Assembly: GCA_964252075.1 (NCBI GenBank) | Contig: CAXULY010000007.1 | Coordinates: forward strand, 131,372-195,371 | Length of the DNA stretch: 64,000 bases | Reading direction: 5' to 3' | Source: an uncultured Deinococcaceae bacterium | Lineage (GTDB): Bacteria; Deinococcota; Deinococci; Deinococcales; Deinococcaceae | Shown: piece after piece, positions 10,201 to 24,656 of the stretch | How positions within the stretch are numbered: position 1 is the stretch's first letter | How the letters are laid out: the number at the start of each line of letters is the position of its first letter | Translations under genes and position numbers: made by a program | Notes under the pieces: generated by a model | The model's input: only the letters and a program-made list of their open reading frames with translations | What the model was told of the DNA's origin: nothing | Database searches by the model: none

Positions 10201-12720
10201 ATGCGTAACCCCACAATGATCGGCCTGACGGTCCTGCTCGCGGCGCCCGTCGCCTACGCGCAGCAGGCCGCGACCCTGCAGGACGTGAGCGTGCAGGGCA
10301 CGACCGATCTGCTGGCGAACTACCTCAAGGTGAACCTGGGCGTGCAGCCCGGCGACGCCGTGTCGAGCGTGAACCTCAAGCAGGTCGAGCAGAACACCCT
10401 CGCGACCGGCTTCTTCAAGTCCGCGACCGCCGCCCTGAACGGCAACACGCTCGTCGTGACGGTCGTCGCGAACCCCACCATCACGAGCGTCACCACCAGC
10501 GGCATCACCTTCTTCGACCCGGAGAAGATCAAGGCGGCGCTCTCCGACCGCCTGAACATCGCGCCCGGCACCACCCTGAACACCGCCCGCGTCGAGGAGA
10601 GCAAGCAACTCCTCGCGCAGTCCTACCGCGAGCAGGGCTACCCCTTCACGCCCGGCATCCGCGCGGACGTGAAGGAGGACGCGCAGGGCGCCACCGTCAC
10701 GTACACCGTGGATGAGACCGCGCCGCTCGCGCAGGTGGCCGTCTCGGGCGCCACGCAGATCAGCGCGGACGTGATCCGCGCGGCCTTCCAGCCGCTCGTG
10801 GCGGCGAAGAAGTTCTCGCCGGACCTGTTCGAGCAGGCGCGCCAGACCATCGGTCAGGCGTACATCGACAAGGGCTACGTGTACACCACCGCGCAGGGCC
10901 AAGCACCCCTCGCGACGCTCGACACGCAGAACGCCACCCTGGACAAAGGCGTGCTGCGCCTGCGCATCCTGGAAACCAAAGTCGGGCAGGTGGACACCAG
11001 CGCGCTCGGGAACACCAGCACGCCCCTCACCACCAAGACCGGCACGCTGCTGAACCAGAACGTGCTCGCCACCGACGTGCGCGCGCTCAGCAACGCGCTC
11101 GGCAAGCCCGTCAGCGTGCAGCTGCAGGACAGCGGCACGCCCGGCGTGGCGAACGTGGCCTTCGCGATCTCCGACGCGCAGAGCGGCCCCATCAAGCAGA
11201 TCCGCGTGGGCGGCAACACCGCCGTGAGTGCGGCGGACATCGCGAAGGTGCTGCAGGAACGCAGCGGCGACACCTTCAACCCGGACCTCGCCGCGCGCGA
11301 TTACCTCGAGATCCGCAGGCTCTACAACGCGCGCGGGTACGAGATCTCCACACGCGAGCCCTTCGCCTTCCAGGACGGCGTGCTGACCTTCACGGTGCGC
11401 GAGGTGCGCGTGGCGCGCTACGCGCTCGACTGGCAGGGCGGGCACGTCACGAAGGACCGCGTGATCACCCGCGAGCTGCCCGCCCCCGGCGCGCTCTTCA
11501 ACAGTGGTGGGCTGCGCGACAGCCTGGGCCGCGTGTTCAGCCTGGGCCTCGTGAAGCCCGCGGACGGCACGTCCGGCGTCACCACGCGCGCCGACGACCC
11601 CAACCGCCCCGAGGACCTCACGGTGGTGCTGCAACTCACGGAGCAGCGCAGCGGCGTGTTCTCGCCCGCCATCAGTTACGACACCATCAACGGACTGTCG
11701 GGCAGCCTGTCCGTCTCCACCAACAACCTCTTCGGCCTCGCGCACAGCGCCGGGCTGGAGGTCAGCGCGCAGCAGAACGACGCGCGGCAGGTGCTGGCGG
11801 GCAGCGCCACGTACACCATCCCGTGGATCGACATTGACTTCCTGGACTTCCGGCGCGTGCGCACCTCGGTCTCCGCGAGCGTGTACAGCAACGTGACGGG
11901 CAACCAGCAGATCACCGACCCGAACAACAACGAGGCCACCACCGGGCGCGAGTTCACCACGCGCAGCACCGGCGCGAGCGTCACGCTGGGCCGTCAGCTC
12001 ACGGGCAGCCTGGGCCTCAGCGCGTCCATCGGCACGCAGTACGACCAGAACTTCCTGGAGCCCAAGACCAAGGGGCAGGAAGCCGCACCGGACGACGCCG
12101 CCGTGAGCGCCCTGGTGCCTGCCGACGCGCTTACCACCGTGATCGGCACGCGCCTGAACTTCGACAACTCGAACTTCGCGGACTTCCCTACGCGCGGCGT
12201 GCGCGCCAGCGTGGGCGCCAGCTACGGCTTCGGGCACGAGGGCAGCACCCCCCTCTCCTGGGAGCAGCTCGACGCGGGCGCCAGCACCTACCTCGGGCTG
12301 GGCCGCACGCTGGAGACTGGCAACCAGCAGCAGGCCATCGCGTTTCGCGTGAACGCCGGCACCATCCTGGGCGCCGCGCCCGAGACGCGCATCTTCCGGG
12401 TGGGCGGCAGCACCCCCACCGAGGCGTACAACCTCAAGGGCTACGACTCGGACGCCTTCCGCGGCACGAACTTCTTCACGGCCGCCGCCGAGTACCGCTA
12501 CAACTTCAACCTGAGCGCCAGCATCATCAACGGCCTGTACGGCCTGGCGTTCGTGAACGCCGGTGACGCCTGGACGCGCGGCAGCGACTTCAACGTGAAC
12601 ATCGGGTACGGCATCGGCGTGCAGGCGAACCTCCTGCAGTTCCCGCTGCGCTTCGATTACTCCTTCAGCCCCGTGAACCCCGGCGGGAAGTTCACCTTCT
12701 CCCTCACCCGCCTCTTCTAA
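10201..12720 (+). CDS. bamA: outer-membrane protein assembly factor BamA/Omp85 family
   Basis: Signal peptide (LLAAPVAYAQQ), POTRA-like repeats, C-terminal beta-barrel ending in ...FSLTRLF. AGGAGG RBS. Confidence 0.85.
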   Translation: MRNPTMIGLTVLLAAPVAYAQQAATLQDVSVQGTTDLLANYLKVNLGVQPGDAVSSVNLKQVEQNTLATGFFKSATAALNGNTLVVTVVANPTITSVTTSGITFFDPEKIKAALSDRLNIAPGTTLNTARVEESKQLLAQSYREQGYPFTPGIRADVKEDAQGATVTYTVDETAPLAQVAVSGATQISADVIRAAFQPLVAAKKFSPDLFEQARQTIGQAYIDKGYVYTTAQGQAPLATLDTQNATLDKGVLRLRILETKVGQVDTSALGNTSTPLTTKTGTLLNQNVLATDVRALSNALGKPVSVQLQDSGTPGVANVAFAISDAQSGPIKQIRVGGNTAVSAADIAKVLQERSGDTFNPDLAARDYLEIRRLYNARGYEISTREPFAFQDGVLTFTVREVRVARYALDWQGGHVTKDRVITRELPAPGALFNSGGLRDSLGRVFSLGLVKPADGTSGVTTRADDPNRPEDLTVVLQLTEQRSGVFSPAISYDTINGLSGSLSVSTNNLFGLAHSAGLEVSAQQNDARQVLAGSATYTIPWIDIDFLDFRRVRTSVSASVYSNVTGNQQITDPNNNEATTGREFTTRSTGASVTLGRQLTGSLGLSASIGTQYDQNFLEPKTKGQEAAPDDAAVSALVPADALTTVIGTRLNFDNSNFADFPTRGVRASVGASYGFGHEGSTPLSWEQLDAGASTYLGLGRTLETGNQQQAIAFRVNAGTILGAAPETRIFRVGGSTPTEAYNLKGYDSDAFRGTNFFTAAAEYRYNFNLSASIINGLYGLAFVNAGDAWTRGSDFNVNIGYGIGVQANLLQFPLRFDYSFSPVNPGGKFTFSLTRLF

Positions 12721-12726
12721 ACCTGT

Positions 12727-12746
12727 GGGAGGGGCGCACCCCTCCC
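12727..12746. terminator. GC hairpin GGGAGGGG-cgca-CCCCTCCC between convergent bamA and glbO
   Basis: Perfect 8-bp stem read directly. Confidence 0.4.
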
Positions 12747-12764
12747 CCACCCGCGGCGGCCCAT

Positions 12765-13187
12765 TCAGAGGGCCGTCGCGTTCGTTTCGTCCTCGGTGTT
12801 CACCATGTGCGCCGCGACGCGCGCGAGGGTCGCGTAGTACTCCGCGGCGGTCGCGCGGTCAATCTCGGGCGTGTCGTTCAGCGCGGCCTTCATGCACGCC
12901 AGCCACGCGCGCGCGCGGGTGGGCGTCACGGGGAAGCGCAGGTGCCGCGCGCGCAGCATGGGGTGCCCGTAACGCTCGTGGTACAGCGGCGGGCCGCCCG
13001 TGAGGCCGCTCATGAACGCGAACTGCTTCTCCAGCGTCTCGGCCCACAGGCTGGGGTCGTGCGTGCCGGGAAAAATCGGCGCGAGGTCCGGGTCGTCCTT
13101 CACGCGCGCGTAGAAGCGCGTGAGGAGCGCCCGCAGGTGCTCCGGGCCAATGCGGTCGTACAGGCTGCCACCCTCGGTGAGTTGCAT
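12765..13187 (-). CDS. glbO: group 2 truncated haemoglobin (trHbO)
   Basis: 140 aa with 2-on-2 globin hallmarks (FYARVKDDPDLAPIF...HERYGHPMLRARHLRF). Confidence 0.8.
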   Translation of the reverse strand: MQLTEGGSLYDRIGPEHLRALLTRFYARVKDDPDLAPIFPGTHDPSLWAETLEKQFAFMSGLTGGPPLYHERYGHPMLRARHLRFPVTPTRARAWLACMKAALNDTPEIDRATAAEYYATLARVAAHMVNTEDETNATAL

Positions 13188-13225
13188 GCCGGACAGGCTA
13201 GAGGGTCGGCGGGCGCCTCACCGGG

Positions 13226-13843
13226 TTACGCCTCCCTTTGCGCCGCCTCCCGCACGGGGCGGTAACTGCGGCGGTGCGCGGGGCTCACGCCGAGCCGCGC
13301 GAGGGCCGCGCGGTGCGCGGGCGCGCCGTAGCCCTTGTGCGTCGCGAAGCCGTACCCGGGATACTGGCGGTCCAGCTCGGTCATGATGCGGTCACGCTCA
13401 GTCTTCGCGAGGATACTCGCGGCGGCCACCGTGAAGCTCAGCGCGTCCGCGCGGGCGGGCGCCAGCAGCGGCAGGTCCGTCGCGAGCCGCAGGTAATCCG
13501 TGACGAGGCCCTGCGGCGGGGGGTCCAGGCGCGCGATGGCGCGCAGCGCGGCGGCCCGCGTGGCTTCCAGCACGTTCAGGCGGTCCACCTCCTCGGGCGG
13601 CGCGTGCTCCACCGCCCACGCGAGGGCGTGCGCGCGCACGTGCGCGGCGAGCACCTCCCGGCGCGCGGGGCTGAGTTCCTTGCTGTCGCGGTACGGCGGG
13701 TCCGGCAGCGTCGCGGGCAGGATGACCGCCGCGACCGTCACGGGGCCCGCCCACGCGCCGCGCCCCGCCTCGTCCACCCCGCCGACGCGCAGCGCGCCGC
13801 GCGCGCGCAGCTGCCGCTCGAAACTCCAGTCGGGGGTGGTCAT
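13226..13843 (-). CDS. rnhB: ribonuclease HII
   Basis: GVDEAGRGAWAGPV...DSK...catalytic motifs, about 205 aa. Confidence 0.9.
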   Translation of the reverse strand: MTTPDWSFERQLRARGALRVGGVDEAGRGAWAGPVTVAAVILPATLPDPPYRDSKELSPARREVLAAHVRAHALAWAVEHAPPEEVDRLNVLEATRAAALRAIARLDPPPQGLVTDYLRLATDLPLLAPARADALSFTVAAASILAKTERDRIMTELDRQYPGYGFATHKGYGAPAHRAALARLGVSPAHRRSYRPVREAAQREA

Positions 13844-13883
13844 GCGAGGGAGTGTAGCGTGGGCGCGCTACACTGCCCGCGAC

Positions 13884-14984
13884 ATGGGGTACTTCGATGT
13901 GCTGCCCGCGCGCCTGCCGCCCCGCCTGGACCGCCTGAGGGTGCTCACCAAGTCCGGCGTGCGCGGCGCGCCGGGCGTGGATGACGCACAACTGCTGCTC
14001 GCGCAGACCCTGCAGAAGGAACGGGTGCGCGGCGACCTGCTGGACCTGACCGCCATGGGGGGCCTCATCGCGGCGCTGCCGGGCCTGAACGTGCGCGCTG
14101 TGGAGGGCTCCGCGCCCGCCCTGGCGGTCCTCACCGCGGCGGGCCTGGAGCCGCTGGCGGCCGCGCCGGGCGACGACCTGGAGCGCCACGCCCTGGTGAC
14201 CCTGACGCTCGCCGCGGACCGCGGGAACGCCTACGCGGAAGCGCAGGTGGCGTGGGCCCACGCCTGCACCCGCCCCGGCGGCACGCTGTTCCTCGCAGGC
14301 GACAAGGACAAGGGCTACGAGCGCTACCTGCGCCGCGCGGCGGGGCTCTTCGGGGCGGGCGAGGTGATCGCGCGCGACGGCGGCATGCGCGTCGCGGCCA
14401 TCACGCGCCGCCCCGGTCAGACGCCCCCGCAGCCCGCGCCGGACCGCTACGAGACGCGCGGCCTGAACGTGGTGGGCCTCCCCGGCGTGTTCAGCGCCGG
14501 CAAACTCGATAAAGCCACGGACCTGCTGCTGGACACCCTGCAGGAGCGCGACCTCACGGGCCGCGCGGTGCTGGACCTGGGGTGCGGCTCGGGCGTCCTG
14601 GGCGCCTGGGCGGCCCAGCAGGGCGCGCACGCCACGCTGCTCGACGCGGACCTGCAGAGCGTGCGCAGCGCGCGCGCCACCCTGGACGCGAACGGCCTGA
14701 CGGGCGACGTGCGGCACTCCGACGTGGACGCCGCCCTGCCCGCCGAGGCGCGCTTCGACCTCATCGTGACGAACCCGCCCTTCCACGTGGGGCGCGGCGT
14801 GGTGCTGGACGTGGGCGAGGAGTTCATCGCGGCGGCCGGGCGTCACCTCGCGCCCGGCGGGGAACTGCGGCTCGTCGCGAACGATTTCCTGCCGTACGAG
14901 GCGCACCTCGCGCGCCTTGGGGTGGCGCGCGAGGTGGCGCGCGAGCGCGGCTTCAAGGTGCTGTCCGTGGTCGCGCCCGCATGA
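13884..14984 (+). CDS. RsmC/RlmG-like rRNA (guanine-N2)-methyltransferase (class I SAM MTase)
   Basis: VLDLGCGSGVLG (motif I) and TNPPFH (motif IV). N-terminal non-catalytic domain. ATG 13884. Confidence 0.8.
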   Translation: MGYFDVLPARLPPRLDRLRVLTKSGVRGAPGVDDAQLLLAQTLQKERVRGDLLDLTAMGGLIAALPGLNVRAVEGSAPALAVLTAAGLEPLAAAPGDDLERHALVTLTLAADRGNAYAEAQVAWAHACTRPGGTLFLAGDKDKGYERYLRRAAGLFGAGEVIARDGGMRVAAITRRPGQTPPQPAPDRYETRGLNVVGLPGVFSAGKLDKATDLLLDTLQERDLTGRAVLDLGCGSGVLGAWAAQQGAHATLLDADLQSVRSARATLDANGLTGDVRHSDVDAALPAEARFDLIVTNPPFHVGRGVVLDVGEEFIAAAGRHLAPGGELRLVANDFLPYEAHLARLGVAREVARERGFKVLSVVAPA

Positions 14985-15166
14985 GCCATCTGGCGGAGGT
15001 CGCGGCGCCCGACCGCCTGCAGGACGCACCCCAGCGCCCGAGCGGGCCAGCCCCTGACCCCATCGGTGAGGTGAGCCGTGGCGCGCTGCGCGCCGTTTGC
15101 TAGACTGGCCGACATTGTCACAGACCGCCCGCCACACAGCCCAGCACCGCACCGCGTGGAGTGAGC

Positions 15167-16624
<1,458 letters not shown>

Positions 16625-16637
16625 GCTCCCAGCGTGC

Positions 16638-16664
16638 AGGGGCGGCCCGCGGTGGGCCGCCCCT
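16638..16664 (+). terminator. rpoD terminator hairpin AGGGGCGGCCC-gcggt-GGGCCGCCCCT followed by T-rich tract
   Basis: Perfect 11-bp stem 14 nt after the rpoD stop. Confidence 0.55.
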
Positions 16665-16720
16665 TCCCTTTGCGCTGCCCGTTACCGTCGCGCTTCACGC
16701 CACGCCGCACACTGGCGCTC

Positions 16721-17641
16721 ATGCGAGCCATGATCAATCGGCACACCGGCGAACCGGACGTCTTCGAGCTGGCGGACCTCCCCACGCCCACCCCCCAGGC
16801 GGGCGAGGTGCTGGTGCGCGTCCACGCCGCGAGCGTGAACCCCGTGGACTTCAAGCAGCGGCGCAGCAACGGCTTCCAGTACCCCTTCCCCATCATCCTC
16901 GGGTGGGACGTGGCGGGCACCGTGGAGGCCGTCGGTGAGGGCGTCACGCGCCTGAAGGTGGGGGACGCGGTGTTCGGCATGGTGCGCTTCCCGAAACAGG
17001 GCCGCGCGTACGCGGAGTACGTCACCGCGCCCGAAACGGACCTCGCGGTGAAGCCCGAGGGCATGAGCTTCACGGACGCCGCCGCCACCACCCTCGCGGC
17101 GCTCACCGCGCGGCAGGCGCTGGAACACATGAACCTGCAGGCGGGGCAGACGCTGCTCGTGCAGGCGGCGGCGGGCGGCGTGGGGCACTACGCGGTGCAG
17201 CTCGCGAAGGCGCGCGGCGCGCGCGTGATCGGTACGGCGTCCGGCGCGAACCGCGACTTCGTGCTGGGCCTCGGCGCGGACGAGTTCGTGGATTACACCG
17301 CCGGTCCCTTCGAGGACGCAGTGGGGCAGGTGGACGCGGTGCTGGACGCGGTGGGCGGCGAGACCTTCACCCGCAGTTACGCCGTCGTGAAACCGGGCGG
17401 GTGGCTGGTGACCATCGCCGCGACGCTCAAACCGGCGGAGGCGCCCCGCACGGACATCCACGCGGAGCGCATCCTCGTGAAGCCCAGCCACACGGACCTG
17501 GAGTTGCTCGCGCGGCTGTTCGAGGCGGGCCAGCTCCGCCCGCACGTGAGCCGCACCTTCCCGCTGGAGCAGGTGGCGGACGCGCACCGCCTGCTGGAGG
17601 ACCGCCACGTGGTCGGCAAGGTGGTGCTGGACGTCGGGTGA
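16721..17641 (+). CDS. NADPH:quinone oxidoreductase / zinc-type alcohol dehydrogenase-like (MDR) protein
   Basis: GEVLVRVHAASVNPVD...AAGGVGHYAVQLAK Rossmann motif. Start ATG 16721 or 16730. Confidence 0.85.
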   Translation: MRAMINRHTGEPDVFELADLPTPTPQAGEVLVRVHAASVNPVDFKQRRSNGFQYPFPIILGWDVAGTVEAVGEGVTRLKVGDAVFGMVRFPKQGRAYAEYVTAPETDLAVKPEGMSFTDAAATTLAALTARQALEHMNLQAGQTLLVQAAAGGVGHYAVQLAKARGARVIGTASGANRDFVLGLGADEFVDYTAGPFEDAVGQVDAVLDAVGGETFTRSYAVVKPGGWLVTIAATLKPAEAPRTDIHAERILVKPSHTDLELLARLFEAGQLRPHVSRTFPLEQVADAHRLLEDRHVVGKVVLDVG

Positions 17642-18237
17642 GGCGCCGGGCGCTGGCGCTGCTGCTGGGTGTGCTGGGGGCCGCGAGCGCCGCCACCCTC
17701 GCCCAGCAGGTGCGGCTGTGGGCGTGGCCGTGGTCGGACGTTGAGTCCCTGCGCTCCGGCGCGGTCAGGCTGGTGCGTGAGCCGACCAGCTGGGCCTTCC
17801 GGCTCACGCACGTGCTGGACGCGCGGACGGGGCGGGAGCTGGCTGTGAGTCGGGGCGACACGGTGTTCGATCTGGAATGCGGCCCGATCGCGGTCCCGTA
17901 CTGCCTGAATGACCGGACTGTGGTGGTGGACCGTGTGCACGACCTCGAAGTCACGGTGGAGCACCGCGAGTTCGTGGTGCCCGAGGTGGACCGCTGCGTG
18001 CACCACGACGGCTACCTTCTCATGCACTCGCGCCACACCCGACGCACGCTGGAATACCTCTTCCAGGCGTCACGCGGCTGGGTGTACGCCCGCTATGACT
18101 GGAATGCCCGAAACGCCCGGTTGCCGTGCAGGTGCAGCACACAGACAGTTGGCCCGCCCGACCCTGAGCGTCACTCCTCCCAGACGTTCACGGATGGCAG
18201 GCCGCGCTCGGCCCACGCGCGGTCCATGATCTCCTGA
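17638..18237 (+). CDS. hypothetical secreted protein (predicted signal peptide)
   Basis: GTG overlapping the upstream stop (GTGA). RRRALALLLGVLGAASAATLAQ signal-like N-terminus. High GC3. The 3' end overlaps convergent grpB by 66 nt, so the true end is uncertain. Confidence 0.35.
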   Translation: MRRRALALLLGVLGAASAATLAQQVRLWAWPWSDVESLRSGAVRLVREPTSWAFRLTHVLDARTGRELAVSRGDTVFDLECGPIAVPYCLNDRTVVVDRVHDLEVTVEHREFVVPEVDRCVHHDGYLLMHSRHTRRTLEYLFQASRGWVYARYDWNARNARLPCRCSTQTVGPPDPERHSSQTFTDGRPRSAHARSMIS

Positions 18238-18701
18238 ATGAGGGCGGTCTTGGCGCGCGTGTACCCCAGCCCGTCGTGGCGGTACCCAAGCGCCAGCCCG
18301 TCCTTCAGGGCGCCGTAGCGCCGCGCGTCCTCGGGGTGCGCGCGCAGGTGGTCGCGCATCAGGCGCTCCTTGCGGGTGGGCCAGCTGTCATGCCCGACGA
18401 CGTGCAGGTGGACGGTGGGTGAGCCGGGCCGCCGCAGGAACAGACGCTGCGGCATGCCCGCGTCAATCAGCGCGAAGCTCAGCTCGGTCAGGCGCGCCAC
18501 GAGGTCACCCGTCTCCTCGATGTCCGGCACCGCCGCCATGATGTCGATGATGGGTTTGGCCTGCAGGCCCGGCACGGCGGTGCTGCCGACGTGCTCGACC
18601 TCCACGAACGCGGCGCCGACCGCGTGGTGCAGGCGCTCGCGCTCGGCCTCGTACTGCGCGGGCCACGCGGGGTCATAGGGAACAACCTGAATCTCGTCCA
18701 T
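18171..18701 (-). CDS. GrpB/UPF0157 family protein
   Basis: VVPYDPAWP...HVGSTAVPGLQAKPIIDI hallmark. Confidence 0.8.
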   Translation of the reverse strand: MDEIQVVPYDPAWPAQYEAERERLHHAVGAAFVEVEHVGSTAVPGLQAKPIIDIMAAVPDIEETGDLVARLTELSFALIDAGMPQRLFLRRPGSPTVHLHVVGHDSWPTRKERLMRDHLRAHPEDARRYGALKDGLALGYRHDGLGYTRAKTALIQEIMDRAWAERGLPSVNVWEE

Positions 18702-18704
18702 GGT

Positions 18705-21806
<3,102 letters not shown>

Positions 21807-21852
21807 TCTAGCCGGGCACCGTGAGCGGCGACAGGCGCGGATTACTTAGGGA

Positions 21853-21876
21853 AAGGGGCCGGGTGAGCGGCCCCTT
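21853..21876 (-). terminator. hairpin AAGGGGCCG-ggtgag-CGGCCCCTT immediately after the ABC ATPase stop
   Basis: Perfect 9-bp stem then T-rich run on the minus strand. Confidence 0.45.
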
Positions 21877-21879
21877 CCT

Positions 21880-22953
21880 TTACGCGGGCACGGCGTCCGG
21901 AGCGTCCAGCAGGTGCGCGCTGCGGGGCGGCAGGACGCGCACGCGGTCCCCCGCCACGTGGCGTTCCGCCTCGTCGCCGGGCAGGTCCGCGGCGAGCACG
22001 GTCTCCCCCAGCCGCAGGCGCAGGCGGGTGATGGAGCCCAGGAAGCGCTTGTCCAGCACCTCGGCGTCCAGGGCGTCCGGGCCGTCGCCGAGGCGCAGGT
22101 CCTCGGGGCGCAGGTACAGGCGCAGGCGGCTGCCCGGCGCCCGCCCGCGCGCGGCGGGCAGCTCGAAGGGGGCGCCTGCGGGCCAGCCCTCCACCTGCAC
22201 GAGCCCGCGCGTGGCGTCCGTGACGGTGGCGGTGAGGGCGCTCGCGGTGCCCACGAACTCCGCGACGAAGGGCGTGGCGGGGCGGCGGTAGATGTCCTCC
22301 GGGCGGCCTGCCTGCACCACGCGGCCCTTTTCCATCACGACCACGCGGTCCGAGATGGCGAGCGCTTCCTCCTGGTCGTGCGTGACGAACACCGTCGTGG
22401 TGCCCGTCTCGCGCTGCACGCGGCGGATCTCGTCGCGCAGCGCCACGCGCACGCGGGCGTCCAGCGCGCTGAGGGGCTCGTCGAGGAGCAGCACGCGCGG
22501 CTGGATGGCGAGCGCGCGCGCGAGCGCCACGCGCTGCTGCTGCCCGCCGGAGAGCTGGTGCGGGTAGCGCCCGCGCACCTCCTGAAGCCCGATCAGCTCG
22601 AAGAGTTCATCGAGGCGCTGCTTGCGCGCGGCGGGCGCCGCGCCGCGCACGCGCAGCCCGAAGGCCACGTTGTCCTCCGCCGTGAGGTTCGGGAAGAGGC
22701 TGTACGCCTGGAACACCATCCCGAAGGCACGGCGCGCGGCGGGCAGCTGCGTCACGTCCCGCCCGTCCACGATCACGCGCCCCGCGCTGGGCGGCGTGAA
22801 GCCCGCGATGATGCGCAGCAGCGTGGTCTTCCCGCAGCCCGAAGGCCCGAGCAGCGTGACGAGCTCCCCGCGCTCCAGGGTGAGGTTCAGGGGGTGCAGC
22901 GCGGTGCTCGCGCCATAGGTCTTGGTGACGCCCTGCGCGTCCAGGTAACCCAT
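21880..22953 (-). CDS. ABC importer ATP-binding protein (FbpC/PotA-like, with TOBE-type C-terminal domain)
   Basis: GPSGCGKTT, LSGGQQQRVALARA, LLLDEP. GGAGG RBS before ATG 22951-22953. Confidence 0.9.
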   Translation of the reverse strand: MGYLDAQGVTKTYGASTALHPLNLTLERGELVTLLGPSGCGKTTLLRIIAGFTPPSAGRVIVDGRDVTQLPAARRAFGMVFQAYSLFPNLTAEDNVAFGLRVRGAAPAARKQRLDELFELIGLQEVRGRYPHQLSGGQQQRVALARALAIQPRVLLLDEPLSALDARVRVALRDEIRRVQRETGTTTVFVTHDQEEALAISDRVVVMEKGRVVQAGRPEDIYRRPATPFVAEFVGTASALTATVTDATRGLVQVEGWPAGAPFELPAARGRAPGSRLRLYLRPEDLRLGDGPDALDAEVLDKRFLGSITRLRLRLGETVLAADLPGDEAERHVAGDRVRVLPPRSAHLLDAPDAVPA

Positions 22954-22955
22954 AC

Positions 22956-23735
22956 TCAGTGACCTCCTGCGAGTTCGGTGCGGCCCCGGCCCACGCGCAG
23001 CAACGCCAGCATGGCGAGCCACGTGAGGGCAAGCGAGAGCAGCGAGAGGGCGGCGGCGGGCGTGCCCTGCGTCTGCCCGATGTAGTTGATGTACACCGCA
23101 AAGGTGTTAAACAGCAGCACATTTGCGAAGGTGAATTCCCCCATCACGATGGCGAGCGTGAGGAGCGCCGCACCCAGCACCGCGCCGCGCAGGTTCGGCA
23201 GCACCACGCTCCACAGCAGGGTGCCCCAGCCCGCCCCGAGGCTCTGCGCGGCCTCGCTGAGCGTGTGCAGGTCCAGCGCGCGCAGGCCGGTGTCCACCGT
23301 GCGGTAGCTGTACGGGAGGGCCAGCACCACGTAGCCCGCCACCAGGAACTGCGGCGTGCCCACGAAGAAGGCCGGGCCCTTGAAGAGCGCGGTGAGGCCC
23401 CCAACCAGCACGATGGGCGGCACCACGAAGGCCAGCACCGAGAGCAGGTTCAGCAGGCCGCGCAGCCCCGGCGCGCGCAGGTTCACCCAGAAGGCGGCGG
23501 GCACCACCAGCAGCAGCACGATCACGATGGTCTCGACCGCCAGGCCAAAGGACAGCCCGAAGGTCTGCCGGAACTGCGGGTCCGCGAGGACCTTCCCGTA
23601 CGCGCTGAAGTCGTAGCGGCTGCCGCCCGCCCACAGGCTGTACACGGCGAGCGCGACGAGCGGCGCGAGGAAGTACACGAAGGCCAGCGCGATCCACGCG
23701 CCGCGCCCCACCTGCGCTGCCGGGGCGGCCCTCAC
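22956..23735 (-). CDS. ABC importer permease (binding-protein-dependent inner-membrane component)
   Basis: EAA-loop type permease. GTG start overlaps the upstream permease stop (GTGA). Confidence 0.8.
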   Translation of the reverse strand: MRAAPAAQVGRGAWIALAFVYFLAPLVALAVYSLWAGGSRYDFSAYGKVLADPQFRQTFGLSFGLAVETIVIVLLLVVPAAFWVNLRAPGLRGLLNLLSVLAFVVPPIVLVGGLTALFKGPAFFVGTPQFLVAGYVVLALPYSYRTVDTGLRALDLHTLSEAAQSLGAGWGTLLWSVVLPNLRGAVLGAALLTLAIVMGEFTFANVLLFNTFAVYINYIGQTQGTPAAALSLLSLALTWLAMLALLRVGRGRTELAGGH

Positions 23736-24637
23736 TTGCGCCACCGGGTGCCGAGGCGCTCCACGACCGTGTAGAGGCCCATCGTGACGACCATGACGGC
23801 GATCACGAGCAGCGCGAGCGCCTGCCCGAGGTGCGGGTCGCTGATGACGTTGCCGGACAGCACCGCGCCGATCTGCAGGGGCAGCAACGGCAGCACGCCG
23901 GACGTGAGGGCGTACGGGGTGGCGTATGCGGCGAAGGCGTTGCCGAACAGCAGGACCGTGCTGGCGAGCAGCGACGGCGCGAGGATGGGCAGGCCCACCA
24001 TGCGCCAGAACTGCCCGGCGCTCGCGCCGAGGTTCTCGGCGGCCTCGCGCCACTCGCGGCGCAGGCCATCCAGCGCGGGCGCGATCAGGATGACCATCAG
24101 CGGAATCTGGAAGTAGAGGTACACCACAACCAGCCCGGAGAAGGAGAACAGGCTGAAGCCGCTGGCGTACAGGTTCAGGCCGAGGCTGGAGAGCAGGCGC
24201 GTCACCATGCCGGTCGTGCCGAGCGTGGCGACAAAGGCGAGCGCGAGCGGCACGCCCGCGAAGTTCGCGGCGACGCCGGAGAAGGCGATGAGGGGCGCGC
24301 GCAGCCACGCCGGACCGCCCTCCCCAATCACCGCGTACGCCAGCAGCGCGCCGATCAGTGCCCCGAGCAGCGCAGACACGCCGCTGAGCAGCACGCTGTT
24401 CTTGAGCGCGGCGAGGTACTGTGGCTGCGCGAGTTCACGCAGGTGCGAGAGCGTCCAGCCGCCCGCGTCGGTGCGGACCGCGCCGATCAGCACGGCCAGG
24501 GCGGGCAGCAGCAGGAACGCCAGGATGATCAGCAGCAGCGGGCCCACGAACAGCGCGCCCGTAAGGCGCTCCCCGAGGGGCGCGCGTGGGCGGGCTGGAA
24601 CCGCCACGCTGGGGGTGGATTCGATGGGTGCGCTCAC
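23732..24637 (-). CDS. ABC importer permease
   Basis: 301 aa, 6 TM. GTG start with GGAGGG RBS. Confidence 0.85.
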   Translation of the reverse strand: MSAPIESTPSVAVPARPRAPLGERLTGALFVGPLLLIILAFLLLPALAVLIGAVRTDAGGWTLSHLRELAQPQYLAALKNSVLLSGVSALLGALIGALLAYAVIGEGGPAWLRAPLIAFSGVAANFAGVPLALAFVATLGTTGMVTRLLSSLGLNLYASGFSLFSFSGLVVVYLYFQIPLMVILIAPALDGLRREWREAAENLGASAGQFWRMVGLPILAPSLLASTVLLFGNAFAAYATPYALTSGVLPLLPLQIGAVLSGNVISDPHLGQALALLVIAVMVVTMGLYTVVERLGTRWRK

Positions 24638-24656
24638 GTCACCCTCCTTTCGAAAC

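Noticed and set aside
10189-12750. 853-aa minus-strand ORF
   Set aside because: Antisense to bamA. Low-complexity R/A/G composition typical of high-GC shadow ORFs.
14981-15103. 40-aa ORF ATGA-coupled after the methyltransferase gene
   Set aside because: Too short and featureless to call. Region more likely holds the rpoD promoter (TAGACT at 15101).
22956-24308. 450-aa ORF version of the second permease
   Set aside because: Only the C-terminal 259 aa (from GTG 23735) are permease-like. Upstream part overlaps the other permease gene out of frame.
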